This document shows positions 9,157 through 18,701 of a stretch of DNA of 64,000 bases, in pieces. The position numbers and the translations under genes are program-made. Origin of the DNA: Minisyncoccota bacterium (lineage in GTDB: Bacteria; Patescibacteriota; Minisyncoccia; UBA6257; HR35); NCBI GenBank assembly GCA_032249155.1, contig JAVVGJ010000001.1:10883-74882 (forward strand), written 5' to 3'. The notes beneath the pieces were generated by a model, which saw only the letters and a list, made by a program, of their open reading frames with translations, searched no databases and had not been told where the DNA came from. Position 1 is the stretch's first letter. Each line of letters opens with the position of its first letter.

Positions 9157-10581
9157 TTAATAACTCTGAGCAAAAAGCCAACGACGTCTTGCTTCATTTT
9201 GACAATAAATGCATCTGCCTTTTTCTTCATTAAATTCAAGGGGTAAACATCTTGTTGTTGCCTTTGTTTCTTCTTTGATTTTAATTTCACATTCTTCTCT
9301 TTCACACCAAAAAGCACTTAAAAATCCTCTTCTCTCTTCCATAACTTTTTTAAACTCTTCATAAGAATTAACCTCAAACAAATTTTCTACAGTGAAATTT
9401 TTTGATTTTTCTAAAAGATGAGAAAGATATTCTTCTTCTATTTTTTTCAAATTCTCTAAAAGATTTTCTAAACTTAAACTTATTTTTTCTCGCGTGTCTC
9501 TTCTGAAAAGAGTAATTTTCTTTTCTTCTATTTCTTTTTTACCTAATTCTAGACGAAAAGGCGCTCCTTTAAGTTCCCATTTGTTGAATTTAAATCCTGG
9601 AGTTTCTTCGGAAGTGTCATAAAAAACAGAAATGTTTTTTTCTTTTAAAGTTTCAATTATTTTTTTAGCAAAGAGATCTATTTTTTCATTATTTTCTCCA
9701 TCATAAATAGGAACAATCACAAATTCATAAGGAGCTATCTTGGGAGGTAAAATTAAACCATATTCATCTCCATGAACCATAAAAAGAGCACCTAATGATC
9801 TTGTTGAAAAACCCCAAGAATTTTGCCAAACATATTTTAAGGTCATATCTCTGTCTTGAAATCTAATTTCAAAAGGTACAGAGAAGTTTTGTCCTAAATC
9901 ATGGGAAGTACAACCCTGAAGGGCTTTTCCATCTGGCATAAGAATTTCATAAGTAAAAGTTTTCAAAGCTCCAGCAAATTTTTCTGATTCTGACTTTTGT
10001 CCAGCAAAGCCAAAAATACCCAAATATTCTTGATAAACTTTAAGATAAACTTCTAAAGCTTTTAAGACGGTTTTTAAAGAATCTTCATGAGTAGCATGAG
10101 CTCCGTGTCCTTCTTGCCATAAAAATTCTGTATTTCTTAAAAAAGGAAATGGCCTTTTTTCCCAGCGAATAACGTTACACCATTGATTAACAATTAAAGG
10201 AAGATCTCGATAAGATTTTATCCATCTAGAAAAGGCATCATACATAATTGTTTCTGAGGTTGGCCTAACAATAAGTTTCTCGCTTAACTCTTCTCCTCCA
10301 GCATAAGTTACTACAGCTACTTCTGGAGAAAAACCTTCTAAATGTTCTTTTTCTTTTTTTAAAAAACCTTCAGGAATAAATAGAGGAAAGTAAGAATTTA
10401 AAGCGCCTATTTCTTCTTTTATAAATTTATCTAAAATTTTTTGAATATTTTCCCATAAAGCATATCCATAAGGTTTGAAAATAATAGTTCCTTTAACTGG
10501 ACCATAATCAAAAATTTCAGCTTCTTTCAAAACTTCTAAATACCATTCAGAAATATTTTCTTTGTTTCTTGGATAAACCAT
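9157..10581 (-). CDS. proS: prolyl-tRNA synthetase, archaeal/eukaryote-like type
   Basis: 474 aa with class II core and no bacterial INS editing insertion. C-terminal Cys-rich domain ends in ...CIYCQNEARRRWLFAQSY with a terminal Tyr. Confidence 0.9.
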   Translation of the reverse strand: MVYPRNKENISEWYLEVLKEAEIFDYGPVKGTIIFKPYGYALWENIQKILDKFIKEEIGALNSYFPLFIPEGFLKKEKEHLEGFSPEVAVVTYAGGEELSEKLIVRPTSETIMYDAFSRWIKSYRDLPLIVNQWCNVIRWEKRPFPFLRNTEFLWQEGHGAHATHEDSLKTVLKALEVYLKVYQEYLGIFGFAGQKSESEKFAGALKTFTYEILMPDGKALQGCTSHDLGQNFSVPFEIRFQDRDMTLKYVWQNSWGFSTRSLGALFMVHGDEYGLILPPKIAPYEFVIVPIYDGENNEKIDLFAKKIIETLKEKNISVFYDTSEETPGFKFNKWELKGAPFRLELGKKEIEEKKITLFRRDTREKISLSLENLLENLKKIEEEYLSHLLEKSKNFTVENLFEVNSYEEFKKVMEERRGFLSAFWCEREECEIKIKEETKATTRCLPLEFNEEKGRCIYCQNEARRRWLFAQSY

Positions 10582-11621
10582 TACTCAAATAATTTTAAAA
10601 CATCTTTTAAAGTAATAAAAATAAGGAGAAGGAAAAGAAAAACAAAACCAAGAGTATGAATTAAAGCTTCAAATCTAACTTCTAATCTCTTTTTAAAAAT
10701 TGCTTCAAACAAAATAAAAATTATCCTTCCACCATCTAAAGCTGGAAAAGGAAGTAAATTGAAAAAAGCAAGATAAAGAGAAAGAGTACCTATAAAATAA
10801 AGAACGTAACCTAAACCAAATTCTTGTATGTTCCTATAATAACTAAAAATACCTATCGGCCCAACAACTTCTGCTTGCACTTTTTCTTTAAAGAAAATAC
10901 TTTTAAAAATTGAAGAAAAACCAAGAAAAATGTTTTTTGTCTGTTTAAAGATTTCATAAGTAGCAGAAAGAAAATTCAAAGGAAATGGTTTTCTTACTAA
11001 TTCAAAATTAGAAAGATAAACTCCTAAAACTGCATTTTTTCTAAGAGGCTTTTCGGGTATAACAATTTCAATTTTTTCTTCTTTCCCTTCTCTCTTTATT
11101 AAAAATAGAACTTTTTTACCAAGATTTTCTCTTAAAAAACTAGAAACTTCTTGAGGAGATTTGAAATAAAAAATTTCACCGTCTTTTTCTACACTTTTTA
11201 TAATATCTCCCTTTTTAAAAACATTTTTAAATTGACTTTCCTCTAAAAAACCTGTAATGATGACTTTATTTGAAGATTGAGGAAAAGAGATCAAATAACT
11301 TAAAGAGAAAAGAAAATAGGCCAATAAAATATTCATAAGAATTCCACCTAAAGCGATAAGAAATCTTACTTTAGGAGGAGAGGCTAAAAAACCTCCTTCT
11401 TCTATCTCTTCTTCGCCCTTAAGTTTGACAAAACCTCCTAAAAGCAAAACTCCTAAACTATATAAAGTCTCACCAATTTTTTTCGTAAAAATAAAAGGAG
11501 GAAAACCCAAAGAAAAATGTAAAACAGGTATTTTAAATTTTTTAGCAAAAAGAAAATGGCCGAATTCATGAACAAAAATGATTAAATTTAGAAAAAATAG
11601 AAAGGTTAAGATTTCAATCAT
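10581..11621 (-). CDS. rseP: site-2 (M50) membrane metalloprotease RseP-like
   Basis: HEFGH zinc motif, an internal PDZ-like segment and NLLPFPALDGG. Confidence 0.85.
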   Translation of the reverse strand: MIEILTFLFFLNLIIFVHEFGHFLFAKKFKIPVLHFSLGFPPFIFTKKIGETLYSLGVLLLGGFVKLKGEEEIEEGGFLASPPKVRFLIALGGILMNILLAYFLFSLSYLISFPQSSNKVIITGFLEESQFKNVFKKGDIIKSVEKDGEIFYFKSPQEVSSFLRENLGKKVLFLIKREGKEEKIEIVIPEKPLRKNAVLGVYLSNFELVRKPFPLNFLSATYEIFKQTKNIFLGFSSIFKSIFFKEKVQAEVVGPIGIFSYYRNIQEFGLGYVLYFIGTLSLYLAFFNLLPFPALDGGRIIFILFEAIFKKRLEVRFEALIHTLGFVFLFLLLIFITLKDVLKLFE

Positions 11622-12157
11622 AGGATTTCTCTTTCTTTAACTTGAAAAATTTCTTCGACAGACTTATTAAACTTTTCTATCTCTTCATCGATTTTTTCTT
11701 TGGTTTTATAAAAATCATCTTCAGAAATTTCACCTCTTTCTTTTTTATTTTTAAGCTCTTTTAAAAACTCATCTCTTAATTTTCTAGCTTTAATTCTTAC
11801 TTCTTCCTTAAGCTCAGCTAAAGTTTTTAAAATTTTCTTTTTTGTTTCTTCTGTTAAAGGAGGGAATTTTATAATTAAAGATTTTTTTTCTCTCGAAAGA
11901 CTAAGGCCGAGATTTTTATTTCTTAATCCAGATTCAATCTCTCCTAAAGAGTTTTCATCAAAAGCTTCAAAACGGAAAGTTAAATGATCAAGTTGAGAAA
12001 GAAAACCTAAAGATTTTAAAGGATAATCTCTACCATAAATTTCTATTTCTAAATTTTCTAAAAAAGAAAGACCTAAGCGATGACCTCTAATTTCATTTAA
12101 TTTTGCTTTTAGCTCACTAATTAGGCTATCTAAATTTTTTTTAAATTCTTGAATCAT
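11618..12157 (-). CDS. frr: ribosome recycling factor
   Basis: 179 aa; typical Frr length and sequence (IRGHRLGLSFLENLEIEIYG...). Confidence 0.9.
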   Translation of the reverse strand: MIQEFKKNLDSLISELKAKLNEIRGHRLGLSFLENLEIEIYGRDYPLKSLGFLSQLDHLTFRFEAFDENSLGEIESGLRNKNLGLSLSREKKSLIIKFPPLTEETKKKILKTLAELKEEVRIKARKLRDEFLKELKNKKERGEISEDDFYKTKEKIDEEIEKFNKSVEEIFQVKEREIL

Positions 12158-12167
12158 TTGTATTTTT

Positions 12168-12320
12168 TTATTTTAAATTCCGACTTGATGGTTTAATAAT
12201 ACCTTTTTTAAAATTTTGAAACTCTTTTTGAAAAGATGGTGAAGTAATAAAAATTTTAAATAAGAAAAGAATTAAGATAATTAAAAAGAATTTTTTTAAA
12301 GCTTCCCAAGCTTTATCCAT
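12168..12320 (-). CDS. possible small membrane protein (50 aa; below ORF-track cutoff)
   Basis: My translation: MDKAWEALKKFFLIILILFLFKIFITSPSFQKEFQNFKKGIIKPSSRNLK. It fills an otherwise empty 155-nt gap, and its ATG overlaps the holB stop. AT-rich chance ORFs look similar. Confidence 0.25.
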   Translation of the reverse strand: MDKAWEALKKFFLIILILFLFKIFITSPSFQKEFQNFKKGIIKPSSRNLK

Positions 12321-13167
12321 AGCTTAAAATTAAATTTGTAAGTTGAAGAAACCAGTTATAATCTTGATCAGTTTCGCTATAAAGCTCAAGAAGGTCTTTT
12401 ATTTCAAAGAGATGTTTTTGATTTATTTCTTTTAAAGAAACAGCTTTTTCTATGAGTTCTTTCCTCTTCTTAAGAATTAAAAGTTCGATAATTTCTTTAT
12501 AAATTTTATTAATTTTTTCATTAAAATCTAAATTTTTTTCTAAATCAAAATAGTTAAAAACGTTTCTTAAAAGTTCTATCTTTTCTAAGGAGGTAGCTTG
12601 GAAATAAAAATTTTTATAAAAAGTAATTTTTTGTTTGTTTTTAATAAGATGATAGGCTTTCCCTGGTTGGTATGGGAAAAATGAAAGAGAAAAATCAATA
12701 TCTGTTTCTGAGAAATTTTTTTCTTTAAGAAATTTTAAAGTAAGTTCTTGAGGAACTAAAGAAAATTTAATTTCTAAACTTCGAGATCTTATTGTAGGTA
12801 AAATTTTCTTTTTTTGATGTGAGACAAAAACAAAAAGAGTATCCGAGACTGGTTCTTCAATAGTTTTTAAAAGTACATTTTGACTTTCTTCTCTAAATTT
12901 ATGCATTTCATCAATCAAAATAATTCTTTTATTTTTTGGTTTAGTTAAAGTTATTTTACCTATAAATCTTGCTGAATCAATACTAAAAATTTTTTTATCA
13001 GATTTTAAAATTATATGTTCCCATTCATTTTTTTTATCCTTTAAAATTTCTTTAACAAAAGAAAATTTTCCTACCCCCTCAGGACCAAAAATTAAAAGCG
13101 CTCCTCTTTTTTCTGATTCTAACCATTCTTTTACTAAATTTTGTTCTTTTTCATTACCATAAATCAT
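12313..13167 (-). CDS. holB: DNA polymerase III delta' subunit
   Basis: LLIFGPEGVGKFSF P-loop-like motif, IDEMHKF...NVLLKTIEEP, and TIRSRS (SRC-like motif). Confidence 0.75.
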   Translation of the reverse strand: MIYGNEKEQNLVKEWLESEKRGALLIFGPEGVGKFSFVKEILKDKKNEWEHIILKSDKKIFSIDSARFIGKITLTKPKNKRIILIDEMHKFREESQNVLLKTIEEPVSDTLFVFVSHQKKKILPTIRSRSLEIKFSLVPQELTLKFLKEKNFSETDIDFSLSFFPYQPGKAYHLIKNKQKITFYKNFYFQATSLEKIELLRNVFNYFDLEKNLDFNEKINKIYKEIIELLILKKRKELIEKAVSLKEINQKHLFEIKDLLELYSETDQDYNWFLQLTNLILSYG

Positions 13168-14171
13168 GAGGTTAATCTTTTATAAATATCAATTTTTTCT
13201 AAAACTTTACCTGTTCCTCGAGCTACAGCGAAAAGAGGATTTTCAGCGATAAAAGTTTTAATAGAGGTTTGCGAAGAAATAAGCTCATCAATCTTTCTTA
13301 AAAGAGCTCCTCCGCCGGAAAGAACAATGCCTTTTTCCATGATATCAGCAACAAGTTCTGGTGGTGTGTTTGCTAAAACTCTTTTAATGCCATTTACAAT
13401 TTCCTTAAGTTCTTTCTGAAGAGCTTCGGCTACATGGGAAGAAGTTATTTCAATACTTTTAGGAAGACCTGTTAAATAATCGATTCCGTTAACAGTCATT
13501 TTTAGATCTTCTTGGTTTTTATGATTTTTAAGAGGTAAGGCACTACCTATTTGGATTTTAATTTGTTCAGCAGTTCTTTCTCCTATAGCTAAATTAAATT
13601 TTCTTTTAAGATATTCCCTAATAGCTTCATCCATTTTATCACCGGCAATTTTAAGAGACTCAAAAGTGACAATACCACCTAAAGAAATAACAGCAATTTC
13701 TGTAGTTCCTCCTCCTATATTGACTATCATATTTCCAGAAGGTGTTTGAATAGGCATTTCTGCACCAAGAGCAGCTAAAAGAGGTTCTTTTATTGGATAG
13801 ACTTCTCTAGCACCAGCTTCAAGACCTGCATCAATAATAGCTTTTTTTTCTGTAGAGCTAATACCTGCAGGCACAGAAATAACTAGAGTTGGTTTAAAGA
13901 ACTTAGTGATTTTGATTTTATTCAGGAAATATTTTAAAATAGCTAAAGTAGCTTGATAGTCAGCAATAACTCCTTCTTTAAGTGGTCTATAAATTTTAAT
14001 TTCTCTCGGAGTTTTACCGATCATCTCCTTAGCCTCTCTACCAACAGCAATAATTTTTCTTGATTTTTCATCATAAGCAACAACAGTAGGTTCACTAATA
14101 ACTACTCCTTTTTCTGGAAGATAAACATTAGAATTGGCTGTACCAAGGTCAATACCTATTTTAAGAAACAT
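13164..14171 (-). CDS. mreB: MreB (paralog 2, canonical-looking)
   Basis: IGIDLGTANSNVY, NIGGGTTEIAV, LSGGGALL; 335 aa. Confidence 0.9.
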   Translation of the reverse strand: MFLKIGIDLGTANSNVYLPEKGVVISEPTVVAYDEKSRKIIAVGREAKEMIGKTPREIKIYRPLKEGVIADYQATLAILKYFLNKIKITKFFKPTLVISVPAGISSTEKKAIIDAGLEAGAREVYPIKEPLLAALGAEMPIQTPSGNMIVNIGGGTTEIAVISLGGIVTFESLKIAGDKMDEAIREYLKRKFNLAIGERTAEQIKIQIGSALPLKNHKNQEDLKMTVNGIDYLTGLPKSIEITSSHVAEALQKELKEIVNGIKRVLANTPPELVADIMEKGIVLSGGGALLRKIDELISSQTSIKTFIAENPLFAVARGTGKVLEKIDIYKRLTS

Positions 14172-15909
14172 GGATAAAAAAAATTATCTAATTGCTAATA
14201 TTATACCATTAATTCCTTTACCTCCCAACTCCCCAGATTACTTTACTTATTTTTCTGAAATTCCTATAAGCAAAGGAAGTCTTGTGGAAATTAATTTTCG
14301 AAAAAAGAATGTTTTGGGCATTGTTTATGAAATAGAAAGTCTTGAAAGAGCAAGAAAAGATATTTTAGAAATTTTACCCAAAATTAAAAAAGTTATAAGA
14401 GTTGTTAAAGAAAAAAGTCTTATTGACGAAGATGAGTTTGAATTTGCTAAATTTTTATCAAATTATTTTGGCTTTTCCTATTCTTCTGTTTTTAAATTTT
14501 TCTTTTTCCCTTCAAAAAAATTTTTAGATTTAAATTTAGAAGAATTAAAAACAAAAGAAAAAAAAGCTTTTAGAATTAATTTTTTTGAAAAACTAAATTC
14601 AAAAATCTTAAGAAAAAAAAGAAATTTAATTGTTGTTCCTGAAAAAAGTTTCTCTAAAGAGGTTGAAGAATTTTTAAAAGAAGAAGGTCTTTCTTATAAA
14701 ATCTTTATTCCTCCTTGGAGCAAAAGCAAAATTGAAGAAATTTCCAAAGAGCTTGGTGAAAGTAAAAAAATTTCTTTGATTGTTTCTAAAAATTTAATTT
14801 TTCTGCCATGGAAAAATATAGATCAAATAATAGTTTATAGAGAAGGAGGTTTTTTCTATTATGATTCTTTTAAAAAAATAAATTTTGATTATCGAGAAAT
14901 AATTAAAAAATTAGCTGAGATAAAGAAAATCGAGCTAACTTATATAGATAAATTTCCTAGCTTAGAAAAAATAAAAGAGTTAAAAATAAAACCTTCATTA
15001 AATTTAAATGTTCATATTTTAACTAGCTTAGATGAAGCTCTAGAAAGCATAAAAAATTTTTCAAAAGTTATCATTTTTTTTCCGCAAAAGATTTCTTCCT
15101 CAGCAAGATGCTTAAACTGTTTTCATTTGCTTAAATGCCCTAAATGTGAAGGTGAAATTTTTTTTGATGAAGGAAAATTTTTTTGTTTTCAATGTCTTAA
15201 AGAAATTAAATTAGAAAAAAATGAGTGTCCTTTCTGTTTAAAACCATTAGAAATATCTTTCAAAAAAATAGGTGCTAAAGTTTTATACCACTATCTTAAA
15301 AAAAATTACCAAGAAGTTTATTTAGCAGAAAAAAAGGGCAAAAAATTTTTTGAAAATCTTGAGAAAAAAGAAAAATTTATTCTCTTAGGAAGTTTAAGCT
15401 TAATCTCTGGTTATTTAAAAGAAGCTGATGTTTCTTATTTCTTTAATTTTGAAAATTTTTATTTATCTTCGGATCCTTTTTTAAGAGAAAAATATTTAAG
15501 AATTTTGAATTTTTTAAAGGAAAAAACAAAAATGATATTTTTAATTTCTTCGATAAGAAATCCTGAGTGGGAAAAATCTTTTTTGAAAGGAGATTACATA
15601 GAAAAACTTCTTAAAGAAAGGGAGCTTCTTCGTTTAAATCCTTTTTACAAAGTAATTAAACTTATTAAAGGTTCAAGTGATTTTTATTTTCTTCAAAATA
15701 ATATGGTAAAAATTTCTAAAGAACTTAAGGAAAAATTTAAAGAAAAAAATGTAGAAGTTTTAGGACCCATTTTTTCTAAACCTTATAGAATTAAAAAAAG
15801 ATTTTTCTTAGAAATAATTTTAAGAAGTCAAAAAGAAGAAATTAGAATAAGAGAAACTCTAAAAGAATACGGTTTTGAAAAAATCAAAATCAATCCTTTA
15901 GAGATTTAA
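14170..15909 (+). CDS. priA: PriA-like primosomal protein with degenerate helicase ATPase motifs
   Basis: PriA-like N-terminus (IIPLIPLPPNSPDYFTYFSEIPISKGSLVEINFRKKNVLGIVYEI). Four CxxC pairs (CLNCFHLLKCPKCEG...CFQC...CPFC). No GxGKT, and YREG occupies the DEEH position. The track start at 14134 is a TTG; the first ATG is 14170. Confidence 0.6.
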   Translation: MDKKNYLIANIIPLIPLPPNSPDYFTYFSEIPISKGSLVEINFRKKNVLGIVYEIESLERARKDILEILPKIKKVIRVVKEKSLIDEDEFEFAKFLSNYFGFSYSSVFKFFFFPSKKFLDLNLEELKTKEKKAFRINFFEKLNSKILRKKRNLIVVPEKSFSKEVEEFLKEEGLSYKIFIPPWSKSKIEEISKELGESKKISLIVSKNLIFLPWKNIDQIIVYREGGFFYYDSFKKINFDYREIIKKLAEIKKIELTYIDKFPSLEKIKELKIKPSLNLNVHILTSLDEALESIKNFSKVIIFFPQKISSSARCLNCFHLLKCPKCEGEIFFDEGKFFCFQCLKEIKLEKNECPFCLKPLEISFKKIGAKVLYHYLKKNYQEVYLAEKKGKKFFENLEKKEKFILLGSLSLISGYLKEADVSYFFNFENFYLSSDPFLREKYLRILNFLKEKTKMIFLISSIRNPEWEKSFLKGDYIEKLLKERELLRLNPFYKVIKLIKGSSDFYFLQNNMVKISKELKEKFKEKNVEVLGPIFSKPYRIKKRFFLEIILRSQKEEIRIRETLKEYGFEKIKINPLEI

Positions 15910-16512
15910 ATTACTTTTAACCTCTTTCCAAATTCTTTGATGAACATCTTTAACGCTTCCTTCGCCATTAATTTCTTTTATTTCCCCTCTTTTTTTCAAA
16001 AAATTAATAGCTGGCAAAGTATATTTTTTGAAAAACTCAAGTCTTATTTTGATTTTTTCTTCAACATCTAGATTGTCTTCTCTTTTCCTTAAAAGAGCTC
16101 TTCTAAAAACCTCCTCTTCACTTATTTTGAGATAAATAAAAAGATAATTTAATTTATGCTTTTTGACCAGGTTAAGATAAGTCTTAGCTTCTTTTATACT
16201 TCGAGGACCACCTAAAACAATAAGGTTTTTTTTGTAATTTAAGTTTTTTTCTATTTCGTTTTTCATCAAATAAGAAACTAAATCAAAAGAAACAAGTTTG
16301 CCGCTAAATCTATTTTCTCTTTCTTTTCTAATATTTATATTCTTTTTCCCTATTTTTAAATAGTTTTTTTTATAATTTTTAAAAAATTCATCTAAAACTT
16401 CAGAAACATTTATTTTTTTAGCTTTGAGTTTTTTAGCTAAAAGTGAAGCTTGCGTATCTTTACCAGAAGCAGGTTCGCCCGTTAAAAAAACTATAATTTT
16501 TTTAAATTTCAT
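15898..16512 (-). CDS. adk: adenylate kinase
   Basis: P-loop GEPASGKDTQ and LGGPRSIKEA. Position is directly after secY, as in spc operons. Confidence 0.75.
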   Translation of the reverse strand: MKFKKIIVFLTGEPASGKDTQASLLAKKLKAKKINVSEVLDEFFKNYKKNYLKIGKKNINIRKERENRFSGKLVSFDLVSYLMKNEIEKNLNYKKNLIVLGGPRSIKEAKTYLNLVKKHKLNYLFIYLKISEEEVFRRALLRKREDNLDVEEKIKIRLEFFKKYTLPAINFLKKRGEIKEINGEGSVKDVHQRIWKEVKSNLNL

Positions 16513-17776
16513 ATCTTCTTAAAGAGATTTCAGCTTCTATTTGTTTGATGGTCTCTAAAGCCACAGAAATTAAAATAAGAAGCGATGTCCCTCCGATAGC
16601 TAAATATCTTGTTTGCGTAAGATAGGAAGTAAGATAAGGTAAAATAGCTATAACACCCAAAAATATTCCACCAAAAAAATTTATTTTATTAATAGAATCA
16701 GCTAAATATTTTTCGGTTTCTTTTCCTGGTCTAATTCCTGGAATAAAAACACCACTTCTTTGAAGGTTTTTAGAAATTTCCTCTGGATTAAAAACTGTGT
16801 AAGTGTAAAAATAAGTAAAACCAAAAACTAAAAAGAAATAAACAAAAATAAAGATAAATGGGTTGTTTAAAATTTTAACCAATTCTTCAGCAAAATAATT
16901 TAAAAATTCTAATTTAAAAAGATATAAAAACTGAGCTAATGTTTGTGGAAAAGCAATAAAGGCTAAAGCAAAGATAATAGGAATAACACCTGCTTGAGTT
17001 ATTTTCAAAGGAAGATAGGTTGAAGCTCCTCCATATATTCTTGTTCCAGCTACTCTTTTAGGAGAAACAAGAGGTATTCTTTTTTCTGCTTCATTAATAA
17101 AAGTAACTAAAGCTATTAAAGAAAAAGCGAGAATAAGAAAAGGTATATAAATTAAAAGTTTTTCATAACTAAAGGTTGTGAAAAATAAAAAAAGAGAACG
17201 GGTAAGAGAAGAAATAATACCTGTAAAGACAATTAAAGAAATACCATTTCCAAGTTTTTGTTCAGTAATAATTTCACCAATCCACATGATAATAAGAGAA
17301 CCTACAGTTAAAATAAAGGCATCTCTTAAGATTTCAAAAAAAGATTCAAAAACAACTAGATTATTTAAACTTAAAAGGTTAAGAAAACCCATTCCCTGAA
17401 CAAAGGAAATTAAAACAGTTAAATATCTTGTATATTGATCTATTTTAAACCTTCCGTATTCACCTTCTTCATGATAAAGCTTTTTGAGTTTAGGAATAAC
17501 ATAAGTTAAAAGTTGGATAATGATTGAAGCGGTGATATAAGGACTCACACCTAAAAGAGCTATCGAAGCGTTAGCTAAAATGCCTCCAGAAAAAATATTA
17601 AGAAGTCCTAAAAATTGATTGGCTGAAAAAAGTTCTTTATATCTCTCCAAATCAACATTTGGTAAAGGAATATGAGCAAAAAATCTATAAATAAAAAGAA
17701 GGAACAAAATAATTAAAAATCTTTTTCTAAGATCTTTTATTTTAAAAAGATTAACAAAAGCTTTAAAAAACTTCAT
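16502..17776 (-). CDS. secY: preprotein translocase subunit SecY
   Basis: 424-aa, 10-TM protein with typical SecY sequence and operon position. Confidence 0.95.
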   Translation of the reverse strand: MKFFKAFVNLFKIKDLRKRFLIILFLLFIYRFFAHIPLPNVDLERYKELFSANQFLGLLNIFSGGILANASIALLGVSPYITASIIIQLLTYVIPKLKKLYHEEGEYGRFKIDQYTRYLTVLISFVQGMGFLNLLSLNNLVVFESFFEILRDAFILTVGSLIIMWIGEIITEQKLGNGISLIVFTGIISSLTRSLFLFFTTFSYEKLLIYIPFLILAFSLIALVTFINEAEKRIPLVSPKRVAGTRIYGGASTYLPLKITQAGVIPIIFALAFIAFPQTLAQFLYLFKLEFLNYFAEELVKILNNPFIFIFVYFFLVFGFTYFYTYTVFNPEEISKNLQRSGVFIPGIRPGKETEKYLADSINKINFFGGIFLGVIAILPYLTSYLTQTRYLAIGGTSLLILISVALETIKQIEAEISLRRYEI

Positions 17777-18207
17777 CTTATCTCACTTTGACTTTTTTTA
17801 ATTTCTTCTAAAGCTTTTTTAGAAAAAAGTAATTCTTTAGAAAAAATTAATGGTTTTGTTAATGATCCTTTACCTAAAACTTTGATTTTAAACGTTTTCC
17901 AACTTTTAGGAATTTTAATTATTTTTCTTTCTTGAAGACTTTTTAAATCAACAAATTCTTTTTCGTTAAAAGCCTTATCTACTTTTTCTAAATTAACTTC
18001 AATAATCCTTCTTTCAATTTTTTTATTGCCAACTCCTCGAAGCTTGGGAAATTTCAAAATAACATCTCTTAAAGCTGGTCTAATTTTGGCTCCAGCTCTT
18101 GCTTTCTGTCCTTTCATTCCTCTTCCTGAATAATTTCCTCTTTTGCCTCCTCTACCAATTCTTTTACTTTTCTTTAACCTAAAATTAATTTGATGTATTT
18201 GAACCAT
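17773..18207 (-). CDS. rplO: 50S ribosomal protein L15
   Basis: GRGGKRGNYSGRGMKGQKARAG; operon position. Confidence 0.9.
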   Translation of the reverse strand: MVQIHQINFRLKKSKRIGRGGKRGNYSGRGMKGQKARAGAKIRPALRDVILKFPKLRGVGNKKIERRIIEVNLEKVDKAFNEKEFVDLKSLQERKIIKIPKSWKTFKIKVLGKGSLTKPLIFSKELLFSKKALEEIKKSQSEIR

Positions 18208-18697
18208 TTTTTGCTTTAACTTTTAATAATTCTTTTAATTTTAACTTATTTTCATAGGTTTTTGATAGCTTTTCTAAAGCTTTAATAGTTGCCAAAGCAT
18301 TTACAAGGTTATTTTTAGTAACTCCTAAAATTTTTGAAGAAACATCTGTATAGCCAGCTAAATAAAGAACAGACCTGACTACACTTCCAGCAATAAGTCC
18401 TTTACCTGGTTTAGCAGGTTTTATTAAAACTTTAGCACTTTTATATTTTGCTTCTACTCCAAAAGGAACGGTACCATTTACGATAGGAACTTTGATGAGA
18501 TTTTTCATCGCTTCATTAACTGCTTTTCTTATAGCTTCAGAAGTATCATAACCCTTACCAATACCTAAACCCACTTCGCCGTTTTTATTTCCTATGACAA
18601 CAACAGCTCTAATCCTTAAAGTTTTACCTCCTTCGGTTACTTTCGCTACCCTAGCTAAATCAATGACAATTTGTTCGTAACCAGATTTTTCAGCCAT
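18185..18697 (-). CDS. rpsE: 30S ribosomal protein S5
   Basis: LRIRAVVVIGNKNGEVGLGIGKG. Its 3' end overlaps the rplO start by 23 nt, leaving no room for rpmD. Confidence 0.95.
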   Translation of the reverse strand: MAEKSGYEQIVIDLARVAKVTEGGKTLRIRAVVVIGNKNGEVGLGIGKGYDTSEAIRKAVNEAMKNLIKVPIVNGTVPFGVEAKYKSAKVLIKPAKPGKGLIAGSVVRSVLYLAGYTDVSSKILGVTKNNLVNALATIKALEKLSKTYENKLKLKELLKVKAKNGSNTSN

Positions 18698-18701
18698 GAA
18701 T

